NCBI GenBank assembly: GCA_030645995.1
Contig: JAUSMU010000056.1
Span: forward strand, 21,561-85,560
Length of the DNA stretch: 64,000 bases
From: Gammaproteobacteria bacterium
GTDB lineage: Bacteria > Pseudomonadota > Gammaproteobacteria > Pseudomonadales > Pseudohongiellaceae
Direction: 5' to 3'
Shown: positions 42,207 through 56,600 of the stretch, one piece after another
How positions within the stretch are numbered: position 1 is the stretch's first letter
Layout: the number at the start of each line of letters is the position of its first letter
Translations under genes and position numbers: made by a program
Notes under the pieces: generated by a model
Databases searched by the model: none
Told to the model about the DNA's origin: nothing
The model's input: only the letters and a program-made list of their open reading frames with translations

Positions 42207-42802
42207 GGTTTCCGTATCCTGACGTCAGCGCCCGGCATGTTGCTGGCGTAGACGAAGTGGGGCGCGGACCGCTGGCCGGAGACGTGGTCGCCGCTGCCGT
42301 CATTCTCGATCCACGCCGTCCGCTGACCTCGTTGAATGATTCCAAGAAACTGAGTGAGAGACAGCGCGAACGCGCATTTCAAGACATCGTCGCAGGGGCC
42401 GTGTGCTATGCTCTGGGCAGGGCAAACGCTGCTGAAATCGATGCCATCAATATACTGCAGGCGAGCCTGCTGGCCATGAGCCGAGCTGTTGCGGCCTTGC
42501 CTCTGCAGCCGGGTTTCGTCTATGTCGATGGGCTTTATTGCCCGCGCTGGGCCTACACCAGTGCCGCCATTGTCAAAGGCGATTCCAAGGTTGACTGCAT
42601 CGCGGCGGCCTCCATCATTGCCAAGGTGACCCGGGATCGCGAGATGCAGGCACTGGACGCCCGTTATCCGGGGTATGGATTCGCCGTGCACAAGGGTTAT
42701 CCCACAGTGGCACACCTGCAGGCCCTGCAGTCATTGGGGCCTTGCGAGATACACAGACGCTCATTCAAGCCAGTGCAGCAGGTGCTTTCCAGCACCCGCT
42801 GA
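42197..42802 (+). CDS. rnhB: ribonuclease HII
   Basis: The start is GTG. It contains [31 protein letters not shown] and HKGYPT. Confidence 0.95.
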   Translation: MQLRFPYPDVSARHVAGVDEVGRGPLAGDVVAAAVILDPRRPLTSLNDSKKLSERQRERAFQDIVAGAVCYALGRANAAEIDAINILQASLLAMSRAVAALPLQPGFVYVDGLYCPRWAYTSAAIVKGDSKVDCIAAASIIAKVTRDREMQALDARYPGYGFAVHKGYPTVAHLQALQSLGPCEIHRRSFKPVQQVLSSTR

Positions 42803-42852
42803 CGGCAGCACCACTACCGCCATCAGCACCACAAAGTAACGCCAGAGCCATC

Positions 42853-45800
42853 ATGTTCGAGAAATTTGTACACCTGCGACTGCACACCGAGTATTCCATC
42901 GTCGATGGTCTGGTCCGCATTGACGATCTGGCCGCCCGGGTGGCAACTATGCGGATGCCTGCGGTCGCGATCACCGACCACGTCAATTTGTTTGGTCTTA
43001 TCAAGTTCTACAGCGCTGCCATGAAGGCAGGTGTCAAGCCTCTGTGCGGGTGCGATGTGCTGGTCGAGAACGAAGACAATCCACAGCGTCCGACGCCGCT
43101 GGTACTGCTGGTGAAGAACCTGGCGGGTTATCGCAACCTGACCGAGTTGATTTCCCGGGCTTATACCGAAAGGACTACCGGCAGCGAGTTGACGGTCAAG
43201 CGTGAGTGGATTCGCCAGCACGCTGCCGGCCTGATCGCCCTTTCTGGCGGACGTTACGGCGAAGTCGGGCGTACGCTTCTGGAGGAGGGACACGATAAGG
43301 CCACGCAGGTACTGAAGAATTGGATGCAGTGGTTCCCGGATTGCTTCTACCTGGAGCTGAATCGCTGCGGCCGTGATGGCGAGGAAGACTATATTGCCGC
43401 CGCTGTGCGTCTGGCCGCTGCCAATGCCTGCCCGGTGGTCGCCACCAATGATGTACGTTTCCTGGATGCCGACGATTTCGAGGCCCACGAGGTACGCGTC
43501 TGCATCAACGAACGCCGGACGCTGGATGACCCCCGCCGATCCCACCACTACACCGAACAACAATATCTGCGCAGTGCCGCCGAGATGCAGGCTTTGTTCA
43601 GCGATATTCCCGAGGCCATCGAGAACACGCTGGCCATCGCCATGCGCTGCAACCTCGAGCTGGAACTCGGCAAACCGTATCTGCCCAATTACCCGGTTCC
43701 CGAAAATGTCACGGTAGAGGACTTCTTCCGTCAGATCAGTCTGGAGGGTCTGGAAGCACGGCTGCTCCGCCTGTTTCCGCACGACCAGCCTGGCAGCCCC
43801 TATGCGGACGCTGATCAGCTCAGTGCGACTTGCAAACCTTACTACGAGCGCCTGGACTTCGAACTTAACGTCATCATTCAGATGGGCTTCCCCGGCTACT
43901 TCCTGATCGTGATGGAATTCATTCAATGGGCCAGGGACAACGGCATTCCCGTTGGACCGGGGCGAGGCTCGGGCGCTGGCTCCATCGTGGCCTATTCTCT
44001 AGGCATCACCGACCTCGATCCGCTGCGCTATGACCTGCTGTTCGAGCGCTTCCTCAACCCGGAACGGGTGTCGATGCCCGACTTCGACGTGGATTTCTGC
44101 ATGGATGGCCGGGACCGCGTCATTCAGCACGTGGCCGACATGTATGGCAAAGAGGCCGTTTCACAGATCATCACCTTTGGCACCATGGCGGCCAAGGCGG
44201 TAGTGCGCGATGTGGCGCGGGTGCAGGGCAAGTCTTATGCGCTGGCGGACAAGCTCTCCAAACTGATTCCCTTCGAAGTAGGCATCACACTGGAAAAGGC
44301 GGTTGAGACGGAGCCCCAGCTCAAGGAATTCATCGACGGCGACGAGGATGCGCAAGAAGTCATGGAGATGGCCTACAAGCTCGAAGGTCTCACGCGCAAC
44401 GTCGGCAAGCATGCCGGGGGCGTGGTTATCGCGCCTACCAAACTCACCGATTTCTCGCCGCTGTATTGCGACGAGAATGGCGAGGGGCTGGTCACCCAGT
44501 TCGACAAGAACGATGTCGAGACAGCGGGTCTTGTGAAGTTCGACTTCCTCGGCTTGCGGACCCTGACGATCATCGACTGGGCGATCAAGATGATCAATGC
44601 CCAGGAGTACGCTGGTGCGCCCACGCAACTCGACATCACCGAGATTCCGCTGGATGACAAGCGCGTGTACGAACTGCTGCAACGTGGCGAGACCACGGCG
44701 GTGTTTCAGCTGGAATCCCGTGGCATGAAGGACCTCATCAAGCGGCTGCTGCCGAGCCGCTTCGAAGACATCATCGCCTTGGTGGCTTTGTTCCGACCCG
44801 GTCCTCTGCAGTCGGGCATGGTGGACGACTTCATCAACCGCAAACACGGACGCGCGGCGGTGGACTATCCGCATCCCGATCTGGAACCGGTACTCTCCAA
44901 TACCTATGGGGTGATCCTGTATCAGGAACAGGTGATGCAGATTGCCCAGGTGCTGGCGAACTACAGCCTCGGCGGCGCTGACATGCTGCGGCGCGCCATG
45001 GGCAAGAAGAAAGCCGAGGAGATGGCCGAGCAACGTGATGCGTTTCTGGAAGGTGCTGCGCAGCGCCAGATTGACGCCAGACTGTCCGGTTCGATCTTCG
45101 ATCTGATGGAGAAGTTTGCCGGTTATGGTTTCAACAAATCTCATTCCGCCGCGTACGCGCTGGTCTCTTATCAGACCGCCTGGCTCAAGGAACATTATCC
45201 GGCGTATTTCATGGCGGCAGTGCTGTCGGCGGACATGCAGAACACCGACAAGGTAGTGACTCTCATCGAGGAATGCCGCCAGATGAAATTGCCGCTGGTG
45301 GTGCCCGATGTGAACATCGGCGCCTACAACTTCACTGTCAATCAGAAGCACGAAATCGTCTATGGTCTTGGGGCGATCAAGGGACTCGGCGAAGGTCCGG
45401 TGGCTGCCATCATTGCGGCGCGCACGTCGGGCGGCCCCTTCGTCTCACTGCTCGACTTCTGTCGCCGTGTCGACGCCCGTTCCATCAACAAGCGCACGTT
45501 GGAGGCGCTGATTCGGGCCGGTGCGCTGGACAGCCTGCAGGAGGGCAGCAAGGATCAGGCGCGTGCGACGCTGATGGCGTCGATTGCCGACACCGTGCAG
45601 GCGGCCGAGCAGAGCAGCCGCAACAACGCCATCGGCGTGCAGGACATGTTCGGCGATATCAGTCCCGTGAGCGAGCCTGTGCACTCCACGCTGAACAGTC
45701 GGCCAGCAGTGCGTCCCTGGACTGAACAAAACCGCCTCGCGGCAGAGCGCGAGACGCTGGGCCTCTATCTGAGCGGCCACCCGGTCGATGAGTTCCTGCC

Positions 45801-46500
45801 CGAGCTGAGGCATATCGCCCGCGACCGGCTCGCCAACCTCAAGCCGGAACGTGAGTATCAGCTGGTCGCCGGATTGGTGGTCTCGATGCGCACGATGAAG
45901 AGCAAACGCGGCGAGACCATCGCCTTTGTTGTGCTCGATGATCGCAGTGCCCGTTTGGAGGTGTCGCTGTTTGCCAAGGAATACGAACAGTTCCGCGACT
46001 TGCTGCAGAAGGACGCCATTCTGGTGGTGGACTGTCAGGTCAGCGTGGATGATTACAGCGGCGCGATGCGCGGACGCGCCCGTGGGGTCATGAGTCTGGA
46101 CGAGGCCCGGCAGCGTTGCGCCCAATTCCTCGATCTGTATCTGCACAAGGATTTTCTGGCGGCGGATTTCACCGGGCAACTGGCACGCATCCTGGAGCCC
46201 CAGCGTGCGGATCTGGCGCCTGTGCCGAAGCTTGCCAGCAAACCAGCGCCCGCCGCACAGCGCGGACGCAATCAAGCGGCCCAGCCGCAAACCGGGTCCG
46301 AGGCGGAGCAGGCCACGGTGCGTGGATGTCCTGTGCGGATTTTTTACGACCGGGGTGACAGCAAGGGCGTCCTGATGCTGGGAGCGCAATGGGCCATTCT
46401 GCCTACCCAGGCGCTGCTGCAGCGTTTGCAGGAAGAGTTCGGAAAGACCCGTGTGGTGCTCAATTACAAGAACGACAACGGGTGGTCCGGCGCACGCTGA
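42853..46500 (+). CDS. dnaE: DNA polymerase III alpha subunit
   Basis: I moved the start to ATG 42853 (MFEKFVHLRLHTEYSIVDG, PHP domain). PDFDVDF, GYFLIV, the beta-binding region and an OB fold are present. A low-complexity insert of about 40 aa (APVPKLASKPAPAAQRGRNQAAQPQTGSEAEQ) lies near the C-terminus. Confidence 0.97.
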   Translation: MFEKFVHLRLHTEYSIVDGLVRIDDLAARVATMRMPAVAITDHVNLFGLIKFYSAAMKAGVKPLCGCDVLVENEDNPQRPTPLVLLVKNLAGYRNLTELISRAYTERTTGSELTVKREWIRQHAAGLIALSGGRYGEVGRTLLEEGHDKATQVLKNWMQWFPDCFYLELNRCGRDGEEDYIAAAVRLAAANACPVVATNDVRFLDADDFEAHEVRVCINERRTLDDPRRSHHYTEQQYLRSAAEMQALFSDIPEAIENTLAIAMRCNLELELGKPYLPNYPVPENVTVEDFFRQISLEGLEARLLRLFPHDQPGSPYADADQLSATCKPYYERLDFELNVIIQMGFPGYFLIVMEFIQWARDNGIPVGPGRGSGAGSIVAYSLGITDLDPLRYDLLFERFLNPERVSMPDFDVDFCMDGRDRVIQHVADMYGKEAVSQIITFGTMAAKAVVRDVARVQGKSYALADKLSKLIPFEVGITLEKAVETEPQLKEFIDGDEDAQEVMEMAYKLEGLTRNVGKHAGGVVIAPTKLTDFSPLYCDENGEGLVTQFDKNDVETAGLVKFDFLGLRTLTIIDWAIKMINAQEYAGAPTQLDITEIPLDDKRVYELLQRGETTAVFQLESRGMKDLIKRLLPSRFEDIIALVALFRPGPLQSGMVDDFINRKHGRAAVDYPHPDLEPVLSNTYGVILYQEQVMQIAQVLANYSLGGADMLRRAMGKKKAEEMAEQRDAFLEGAAQRQIDARLSGSIFDLMEKFAGYGFNKSHSAAYALVSYQTAWLKEHYPAYFMAAVLSADMQNTDKVVTLIEECRQMKLPLVVPDVNIGAYNFTVNQKHEIVYGLGAIKGLGEGPVAAIIAARTSGGPFVSLLDFCRRVDARSINKRTLEALIRAGALDSLQEGSKDQARATLMASIADTVQAAEQSSRNNAIGVQDMFGDISPVSEPVHSTLNSRPAVRPWTEQNRLAAERETLGLYLSGHPVDEFLPELRHIARDRLANLKPEREYQLVAGLVVSMRTMKSKRGETIAFVVLDDRSARLEVSLFAKEYEQFRDLLQKDAILVVDCQVSVDDYSGAMRGRARGVMSLDEARQRCAQFLDLYLHKDFLAADFTGQLARILEPQRADLAPVPKLASKPAPAAQRGRNQAAQPQTGSEAEQATVRGCPVRIFYDRGDSKGVLMLGAQWAILPTQALLQRLQEEFGKTRVVLNYKNDNGWSGAR

Positions 46501-46587
46501 GGCGCCCGTTTTGGTGGTCGCTAAACGTCGGCGGCTTTTGTTATCATGGCGGCAACGTACGAATCATTACTGGAATATGACATTGCT

Positions 46588-47541
46588 ATGAATCCGAATT
46601 ACCTCGATTTTGAACAGCCAATCGCCGACCTGGAAGTAAAGATCAACGAGCTGCGTCTGGTGGGAACCGACAATAAGCTGAACATTACCGACGAGATTCA
46701 GAAGCTCCAGGAAAAGAACACCAAGCTCACTGAGAAGATTTATTCCTCCCTGTCACCCTGGCAGATTTCGCAGGTAGCGCGTCACCCGCTGCGTCCTTAT
46801 ACCCTCGACTACATCAACCACATCTTCACCGATTTCGACGAACTGCATGGCGACCGTCTGTTCGCGGATGACATGGCCTTGATCGGCGGTATTGCCCGTC
46901 TGGATGGCCGTCCCGTGATGGTGATCGGTCATCAGAAGGGCCGTGGCACCAAGGAGAAAGTCCGCCACAATTTCGGCATGCCGCGGCCCGAAGGGTATCG
47001 CAAGGCACGGCGCCTGATCGCCATGGCCGAGCGCTTCAAGCTGCCGGTACTGACTTTTATCGACACCCCCGGCGCCTATCCGGGCATCGATTCCGAAGAG
47101 CGTGGTATCAACGAGGCGATCGCCGAGAACATGGCCATGATGTCAGCCGTGCGCACGCCGCTGATCGCGACGGTGACCGGTGAGGCGAACTCCGGTGGCG
47201 CCATCGCCATTGGCATCGCCGACCATCTGAACATGCTCGAATATTCCACCTATACCGTGATCACGCCGGAAGGCTGCGCCACTATTCTGTGGAAGTCCGC
47301 AGAGTATGCGTCTGCCGCCGCCGAGGCCATGGGTGTCACTTCCAAGCGCCTGGAGGAGCTGGGCATCGTCGACAATACCATCAGCGAGCCGCTGGGCGGT
47401 GCGCATCGCGACGTGCAGGCCATGGCCGCGAATATCAAGACCGCGCTCATCGAGCAGGTCGATCGGCTTTCCAGATTGTCGCTTGACGAGCTCGTCGAGC
47501 GTCGCTACAAGCGTCTGATGAGTTACGGTATCTCCAACTGA
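46588..47541 (+). CDS. accA: acetyl-CoA carboxylase carboxyltransferase alpha subunit
   Basis: I moved the start to ATG 46588 ([16 protein letters not shown]). It contains [10 protein letters not shown] and EERG. Confidence 0.96.
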   Translation: MNPNYLDFEQPIADLEVKINELRLVGTDNKLNITDEIQKLQEKNTKLTEKIYSSLSPWQISQVARHPLRPYTLDYINHIFTDFDELHGDRLFADDMALIGGIARLDGRPVMVIGHQKGRGTKEKVRHNFGMPRPEGYRKARRLIAMAERFKLPVLTFIDTPGAYPGIDSEERGINEAIAENMAMMSAVRTPLIATVTGEANSGGAIAIGIADHLNMLEYSTYTVITPEGCATILWKSAEYASAAAEAMGVTSKRLEELGIVDNTISEPLGGAHRDVQAMAANIKTALIEQVDRLSRLSLDELVERRYKRLMSYGISN

Positions 47542-47575
47542 CTTCCAGCCTCATCCGCAACGGGTCTCCCAAGGC

Positions 47576-48970
47576 ATGACCTTCACCGAACAGTCACTGT
47601 CTGCGCAGCTTGCCGGAATTCCGGAAGGCAGCAGGCTGGTGGTGGCGTTCAGCGGAGGTCTCGATTCCTCCGTTCTGCTGTGGGCGCTGTATCGTCTGCT
47701 GCAACAGAGTAATCCCAACGCCTTTGGCCTCTCCGCTATTCACGTCAATCACGGTCTCAGCCCCAATGCCGCCTCCTGGCAGCAATTCTGTGCAGACACG
47801 TGCGCACGTCTTGGTATCGAGCTGTCCGTAGAGCGTGTCCACATCGCACGCCACGCAGGAGCCAGCCTCGAAAATCTCGCGCGCCAGCAGCGCTATGCCG
47901 CCTTTACTCGTTGTCTGCAACCCGGTGACTATCTGGTCATGGGGCATCATCTGGATGATCAGGCCGAGACTTTCCTGCTGCGAACCCTGCGCGGTTCCGG
48001 ACCGCGCGGTCTGGCCGCGATGCCTGTCACTCGAACGCTGGGTCACGGCGCGTCGTTGCGCCCCTTGCTGCGCCCGTTATTGGGAGTGACGCGGCAAGCC
48101 TTGGAAGACTTCGCCCGGGGGCAACAACTGCAGTGGATCGAGGATGAAAGCAACGATGCCACAGTGTTTGATCGCAACTACTGTCGCCACGAGCTGATGC
48201 CGGTGATCGCACGGCGCTGGCCTGCTTATCGGGAAAACTGGCTGCGCAGCGCACAGTTGTGTGCCGAGGCGGAAGAGCTTCTTCAGGAGTTGGCCGCCCA
48301 AGACTATGCCCTGACGGCGACGGAGGATGAAACGGTCATCGCTGTCGATGCGTTAAACCAACTGAGTCCGGCTCGGCAGCGCAACCTGCTGCGCTACTGG
48401 CTGCAGCGTCTGCGCGTGGCCGATCCAGGCTGGAATGCGCTGCAGCAGATCGTTACAGAGTTGTTGCCAGCGGCAGTCGATGCGCAGCCGGAAGTCAGCT
48501 GGGAGGATCGCTGCGAGGATAGACGGGAGAGTAGTGCTGTCCGGCGAGTGCTGAGGCGCTACCGTGATCGACTTTATCTGCTCCACGCAGCGCCGCCTTT
48601 GCCCAGCCAGGAATGCTATGACTGGTCTCCACCTGCGCCTCTTGCGCTGCCGTACAACGGCGGTCTGAGCGTGTCGCCAGGTTGCGGTAGCGGGTTGCGA
48701 CAGCTGCAACAAGGCACAGTTTTGCAGATACGTTACCGGCAGGGCGGTGAGAGTTTTCGACTTGCCGGGCGTCGCACCCGGCCGCTGAAAAAAATCCTTC
48801 AGGATGCCGCTGTGGCACCCTGGTTGCGGGAGCGCTTGCCGTTGTTATACGCAGGAGATGAGCTGGTGTGTATTCCTGGCATCGGCGTCTGCGAGGGCTG
48901 GCAGGCGCAGGAGGGGGAGCCTTCCTGGGAGGTCATCTGGGCTCCCGATTCCAACGTTTCTTTCAGTTGA
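47576..48970 (+). CDS. tilS: tRNA(Ile)-lysidine synthase
   Basis: 464-aa ORF with the PP-loop VVAFSGGLDSSVLL. Confidence 0.92.
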   Translation: MTFTEQSLSAQLAGIPEGSRLVVAFSGGLDSSVLLWALYRLLQQSNPNAFGLSAIHVNHGLSPNAASWQQFCADTCARLGIELSVERVHIARHAGASLENLARQQRYAAFTRCLQPGDYLVMGHHLDDQAETFLLRTLRGSGPRGLAAMPVTRTLGHGASLRPLLRPLLGVTRQALEDFARGQQLQWIEDESNDATVFDRNYCRHELMPVIARRWPAYRENWLRSAQLCAEAEELLQELAAQDYALTATEDETVIAVDALNQLSPARQRNLLRYWLQRLRVADPGWNALQQIVTELLPAAVDAQPEVSWEDRCEDRRESSAVRRVLRRYRDRLYLLHAAPPLPSQECYDWSPPAPLALPYNGGLSVSPGCGSGLRQLQQGTVLQIRYRQGGESFRLAGRRTRPLKKILQDAAVAPWLRERLPLLYAGDELVCIPGIGVCEGWQAQEGEPSWEVIWAPDSNVSFS

Positions 48971-49151
48971 ATTTTTCACGCGCGGAGCCCTGAAATTGCG
49001 CGCCTTCGCGCTTGTCAACCGAGCCCCAGCAGATTTTTGCGTTGTGGTCAGTGCTGGCTTCTGGTACTCTGTAATCCCATCTGTAGGTGCTTGTTTAAAA
49101 TGCTTTTTTAACGTGTTTTCGCAAGTGCCGGTTAGACATTTTCGAATCTGA

Positions 49152-51673
<2,522 letters not shown>

Positions 51674-51734
51674 GCGCGACAACCGTGACGTCACTACACT
51701 TTCGTCACCACACTTACGCAACCACTGAATCTGA

Positions 51735-53060
<1,326 letters not shown>

Positions 53061-53097
53061 GAATGCTGGTTAGGAATGCTCAATCAACGAGACGAGA

Positions 53098-53373
53098 ATG
53101 ACTATGAAAGTACTCCTGGGTGCGCTGGTCGTGGTGTTGGTGATGTTGCAGTTCAATCTGTGGGTGGGAGAAGGCAGCTTCTCCCAGTTACGCAGTCTCG
53201 AATCGCAGGTTGAGGTGCAGAAGCAGGAAAACGTGGTTCTGGCCGACCGCAACCAGGAACTCGAGAATGAAGTGCTGGATCTGAAGACGGGGCTCGATGC
53301 CGTTGAGGAGCGAGCACGGAGCGATTTCGGCATGGTGAAGGATGGCGAGACGCTCTTCCTCATCGTCGAGTGA
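53098..53373 (+). CDS. ftsB: cell division protein FtsB
   Basis: 91-aa ORF with an N-terminal TM (LLGALVVVLVMLQFNLW) followed by a leucine-zipper coiled coil. The eno-ftsB-ispD order is conserved. Confidence 0.88.
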   Translation: MTMKVLLGALVVVLVMLQFNLWVGEGSFSQLRSLESQVEVQKQENVVLADRNQELENEVLDLKTGLDAVEERARSDFGMVKDGETLFLIVE

Positions 53374-53441
53374 AGAGACTTTCGGAACGAAGCAGATGCC
53401 GGTGAATGCCGGCATTTGTCTTTACAGAGGCAGGGCTTTCT

Positions 53442-54176
53442 ATGGCGATCTGGGCAATTATTCCGGCGGCAGGCGTGGGTACCCGCATGCAGACAGCGGA
53501 GCCGAAGCAGTATTTGCAGATCAATGGACAGGCTGTGCTTGCTCACGCCATCGCCCGCCTGGGCGCCGTGGCTGCCGTCGAACGCATCGTCGTGGCGCTG
53601 CATCCGCAGGATGACAGATGGGAAGCGCTGGGGCTGCAGACAGGTCCGCGCTTGCAGACCTGTGCCGGTGGCGCCGATCGTTGTCATTCGGTGCTGAATG
53701 CGCTCAACGTCCTGCGTGAACACGCGAAAGAGGACGACTGGGTATTGGTGCATGACGCCGTCAGACCTTGCGTCAGTGTTGGAGACATCGAGCGCCTGCT
53801 GGCAGAGGTTGCGGATCATCCGATCGGGGGTCTGCTGGCGGTGCCGGTCAGCAGCACGCTGAAGAAGGCGGGGCCGGACGGCAATGTCAGCGCGACCGTC
53901 GATCGCACGCATCTCTGGCAGGCGGGCACGCCACAAGTCTTCCGTTATGAATTGCTGCATACAGCACTCACGGAGGCGATTGCTGCAGGTGCTCTGGTCA
54001 CCGACGAGGCCTCCGCATTGGAGCTGGCCGGGTTTGCGCCGCGACTGGTGCGAGGCCGCGCCGACAACATCAAGATCACCTACCCGGAGGATCTGCTGCT
54101 GGCGCGCCTGATCCTTGCGGCCCAAGGACTGGAAGAACAGTCCGTTGAAGAACCGGTACTTGAAAAACAGAAGTGA
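53442..54176 (+). CDS. ispD: 2-C-methyl-D-erythritol 4-phosphate cytidylyltransferase
   Basis: I moved the start to ATG 53442 (MAIWAIIPAAGVGTRM). It contains VHDAVRP. Confidence 0.93.
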   Translation: MAIWAIIPAAGVGTRMQTAEPKQYLQINGQAVLAHAIARLGAVAAVERIVVALHPQDDRWEALGLQTGPRLQTCAGGADRCHSVLNALNVLREHAKEDDWVLVHDAVRPCVSVGDIERLLAEVADHPIGGLLAVPVSSTLKKAGPDGNVSATVDRTHLWQAGTPQVFRYELLHTALTEAIAAGALVTDEASALELAGFAPRLVRGRADNIKITYPEDLLLARLILAAQGLEEQSVEEPVLEKQK

Positions 54177-54193
54177 AAACAGGAGTCACCGTT

Positions 54194-54694
54194 ATGTGGA
54201 ACAGGATCAGGACCGGCCATGGCTATGACGCGCATCGTTTCGCGGATGGCCTGCTGCCCGACAAACCCCTGATACTGGGTGGCGTGCAACTGCCGCATGA
54301 TCGCAGCCTGATCGCCCACTCCGACGGTGACGCGGTGATTCATGCTTTGTGCGATGCCATTCTGGGCGCACTCGGGCTGGGCGACATCGGTCGACATTTT
54401 CCGGATACGGACCAGGCGTTCAGTAATATCGACAGCGGCATTCTGTTGCGGCGCGTGTGCAGCCTGTTGAAGACTGATGGCTGGAAGATCGGCAACGTGG
54501 ACATCACGATTTTAGCGCAGGCACCGCGCATGGCGCCGCACATCGAGGCGATGTGCAAGCGTCTGGCTGGCCTGATGGAGATACTGCCGGAGCAGGTCAA
54601 CGTCAAGGCGTCGACAACAGAGGGCATGGGTTTCGTCGGGCGTCGCGAAGGGCTGGAGACTTATGCTGTGGTGTTGATCTACCGTGACGAGTGA
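54194..54694 (+). CDS. ispF: 2-C-methyl-D-erythritol 2,4-cyclodiphosphate synthase
   Basis: I prefer ATG 54194 (AGGAG 9 nt upstream) over the track GTG 54173. It contains RTGHGYDAHRF, HSDGDAVIHAL and DIGRHFPDTD. Confidence 0.95.
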   Translation: MWNRIRTGHGYDAHRFADGLLPDKPLILGGVQLPHDRSLIAHSDGDAVIHALCDAILGALGLGDIGRHFPDTDQAFSNIDSGILLRRVCSLLKTDGWKIGNVDITILAQAPRMAPHIEAMCKRLAGLMEILPEQVNVKASTTEGMGFVGRREGLETYAVVLIYRDE

Positions 54695-54788
54695 TCTTTC
54701 GGCAACGGCTGTGGCGGCAACGGCTGGGGCGTCAACGACTGGAGCGTCAGCAGCAGGTTCCTCTCGTACCAACTCTTCGCGAGAAGCA

Positions 54789-55820
54789 ATGACGCTGTTG
54801 GGGTTTGCCTTTGGAGCGCCGGAGCATTCGGCAGTGTTCAAGCGTGAGGTCGATGATTTTTGCGTCGACGAAGATCTTGGCTTTGAGTTGAGCGGCTCGG
54901 GTGAACACCTGTGTGTGCAGATACGCAAGACGGGTGTGGCCACGCCGCAGGTGGTGCGAGCGTTGGCGCGTGCGGCAGGCGTGCGCGAGCAGGACATCGG
55001 TTATGCCGGTTTGAAGGACAGACATGGCGTCTGCGTGCAGTGGTTCAGTATCTATCTGCCCTCCGAACGGGTGCCCGATTTCACGGGCTTTGCCGAAGCG
55101 GGCATGGAGATACTCCAAACGTTGCGCAACAGCAGAAAGATTCGGCGTGGCAGTCACCGCGGGAACCTGTTCCGCATTCGACTGCGCGACGTGAGTGGCA
55201 GCGCAAACGTCATTCCGCCTGATCTGCTGGTGCGACTGGAAGCAATAGTCGCACGTGGCGTTCCCAATTACTTCGGGGAACAGCGCTTCGGCACCCACAA
55301 TGAGAATGTGATGATGGCAGCGCGCCTGTTCAGCGGCGAGTTGCGCATGGCAAGAGGCTTCAAGCGCGGAATGCTGCTCTCGGCGGCCAGGTCCTGCGTC
55401 TTCAACGAGGTCTTGTCGCGTCGCGTGCTGGCCGGGAATTGGGATCAGTATCTGGACGGCGATGTCATGAATCTGCAGGGCACGGAGAGCGTTTTCGTGC
55501 CGCAAGTAGGGGACACGGAATTGCAGGCGCGGCTGGACGTCATGGATATTCATCCCACCGGGCCGCTGTGGGGCAAGGGCGTGTTGCGCAGCGGCGCGGC
55601 GGCAAGAGAGCTGGAATTGGCCTGCGTGGAGCAGTTTCGCGATCTTTGCACGGGGCTGGAGGCGGCCGGGCTGGAGCAGTCCCGGCGCAGTCTGCGCCTG
55701 CCGGTACGGGGTCTGCAGTGGACATGGTTGCCGGAGCAGAATCTAGAGTTGCAGTTCAGTCTGCCGCCAGGTGCCTATGCTACGTCGGTATTGCGCGAGC
55801 TGCTGGTCTTGCGTGAGTAA
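54789..55820 (+). CDS. truD: tRNA pseudouridine(13) synthase TruD
   Basis: ATG 54789 gives 343 aa, co-linear with E. coli TruD at about 349 aa. The track GTG 54684 adds an Ala/Ser/Thr-rich 35-aa extension. It contains YAGLKDRHGV (catalytic Asp region) and GVPNYFGEQRFG. Confidence 0.9.
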   Translation: MTLLGFAFGAPEHSAVFKREVDDFCVDEDLGFELSGSGEHLCVQIRKTGVATPQVVRALARAAGVREQDIGYAGLKDRHGVCVQWFSIYLPSERVPDFTGFAEAGMEILQTLRNSRKIRRGSHRGNLFRIRLRDVSGSANVIPPDLLVRLEAIVARGVPNYFGEQRFGTHNENVMMAARLFSGELRMARGFKRGMLLSAARSCVFNEVLSRRVLAGNWDQYLDGDVMNLQGTESVFVPQVGDTELQARLDVMDIHPTGPLWGKGVLRSGAAARELELACVEQFRDLCTGLEAAGLEQSRRSLRLPVRGLQWTWLPEQNLELQFSLPPGAYATSVLRELLVLRE

Positions 55821-55920
55821 CGGGTTTTAGTAGAGCAAATTCAAGAGCGCTGGTAGACGAGTACATGAGAGCAACCAAGTGAGCAATCAAGTGAGCAATG
55901 TAAATCTGGCCGGCATAGGC

Positions 55921-56577
55921 ATGACCTCGCAACGCACGCGTGAGCGTTTGATCGGGCGGCTGATCGAGCAAGGCATCGGCGACTGGTCGGTGCTCGACGT
56001 GATGCGCAGCACTCCGCGCCATATCTTTCTGGAAGAGGCGCTGGCACACAAGGCCTACGAAGATGTGTCATTGCCGATCGGCTACAACCAGACGATCTCC
56101 CAGCCCTATATCGTCGCGAAGATGACCGAGGCTGTGCTGAAGAATCACCCGGCCCTGGAGCAGGGCAAGCTTGGCAATGTGTTGGAGGTCGGCACCGGCT
56201 GTGGTTATCAGACCGCGATCATCGCGCCGCTGGCCCGCAAGGTCTACTCGGTGGAGCGCATCAAACCGCTGCTGGAGAAGGCGCGCAAGAACATCCGTCT
56301 GCTGGGGCTGAACAACGTGCAGTTCAAGCACGACGATGGCAGTCTGGGCTGGAAAGAGAAGGGGCCCTTCGACGCGATCATCGCGGCGGCGGCACCCCAG
56401 CAGGTTCCTCCGGAGTTGCTGGCACAGCTCGCGGAGAACGGACGTTTGATCATCCCCGTGGGCGGCGATGATGTGCAGGAGCTGCGGCTGATCACGCGCA
56501 CCGGTGACGAATTCAAGACCGAGATTGTGGCTGCCGTGCGATTTGTGCCGCTGCTGGTCGGTCAGATACAAAACTAA
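55921..56577 (+). CDS. pcm: protein-L-isoaspartate O-methyltransferase
   Basis: ATG 55921 gives MTSQRTRERLI, identical in style to the Pseudomonas Pcm N-terminus; the track start GTG 55879 lies in a 12-nt tandem duplication. The SAM motif is LEVGTGCGYQTA, and VRFVPL is present. Confidence 0.92.
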   Translation: MTSQRTRERLIGRLIEQGIGDWSVLDVMRSTPRHIFLEEALAHKAYEDVSLPIGYNQTISQPYIVAKMTEAVLKNHPALEQGKLGNVLEVGTGCGYQTAIIAPLARKVYSVERIKPLLEKARKNIRLLGLNNVQFKHDDGSLGWKEKGPFDAIIAAAAPQQVPPELLAQLAENGRLIIPVGGDDVQELRLITRTGDEFKTEIVAAVRFVPLLVGQIQN

Positions 56578-56600
56578 AGATCAGTGGAAGCGAAACATTC

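Noticed and set aside
42823-46389. Three long minus-strand ORFs (367, 396 and 314 aa) inside dnaE
   Set aside because: They are antisense to a continuous, well-supported 1215-aa DnaE frame. Their composition is low-complexity and Arg/His/Gln-rich, and they lack SD sequences and motifs. They are shadow ORFs.
53070-54125. A 351-aa minus-strand ORF opposite ftsB and ispD
   Set aside because: It overlaps two conserved sense genes and their spacer, and its sequence is Arg/Cys-rich nonsense-like. It is a shadow ORF. The same reasoning applies to 3153-4304 (degP), 11975-12838 (rlmD), 13561-14481 (relA), 39700-40380 (fabZ/lpxA), 41262-42170 (lpxB), 51714-52538 (eno), 54747-55553 (truD), 56574-57296 (DUF368), and the plus-strand ORFs inside glnD and mutS.
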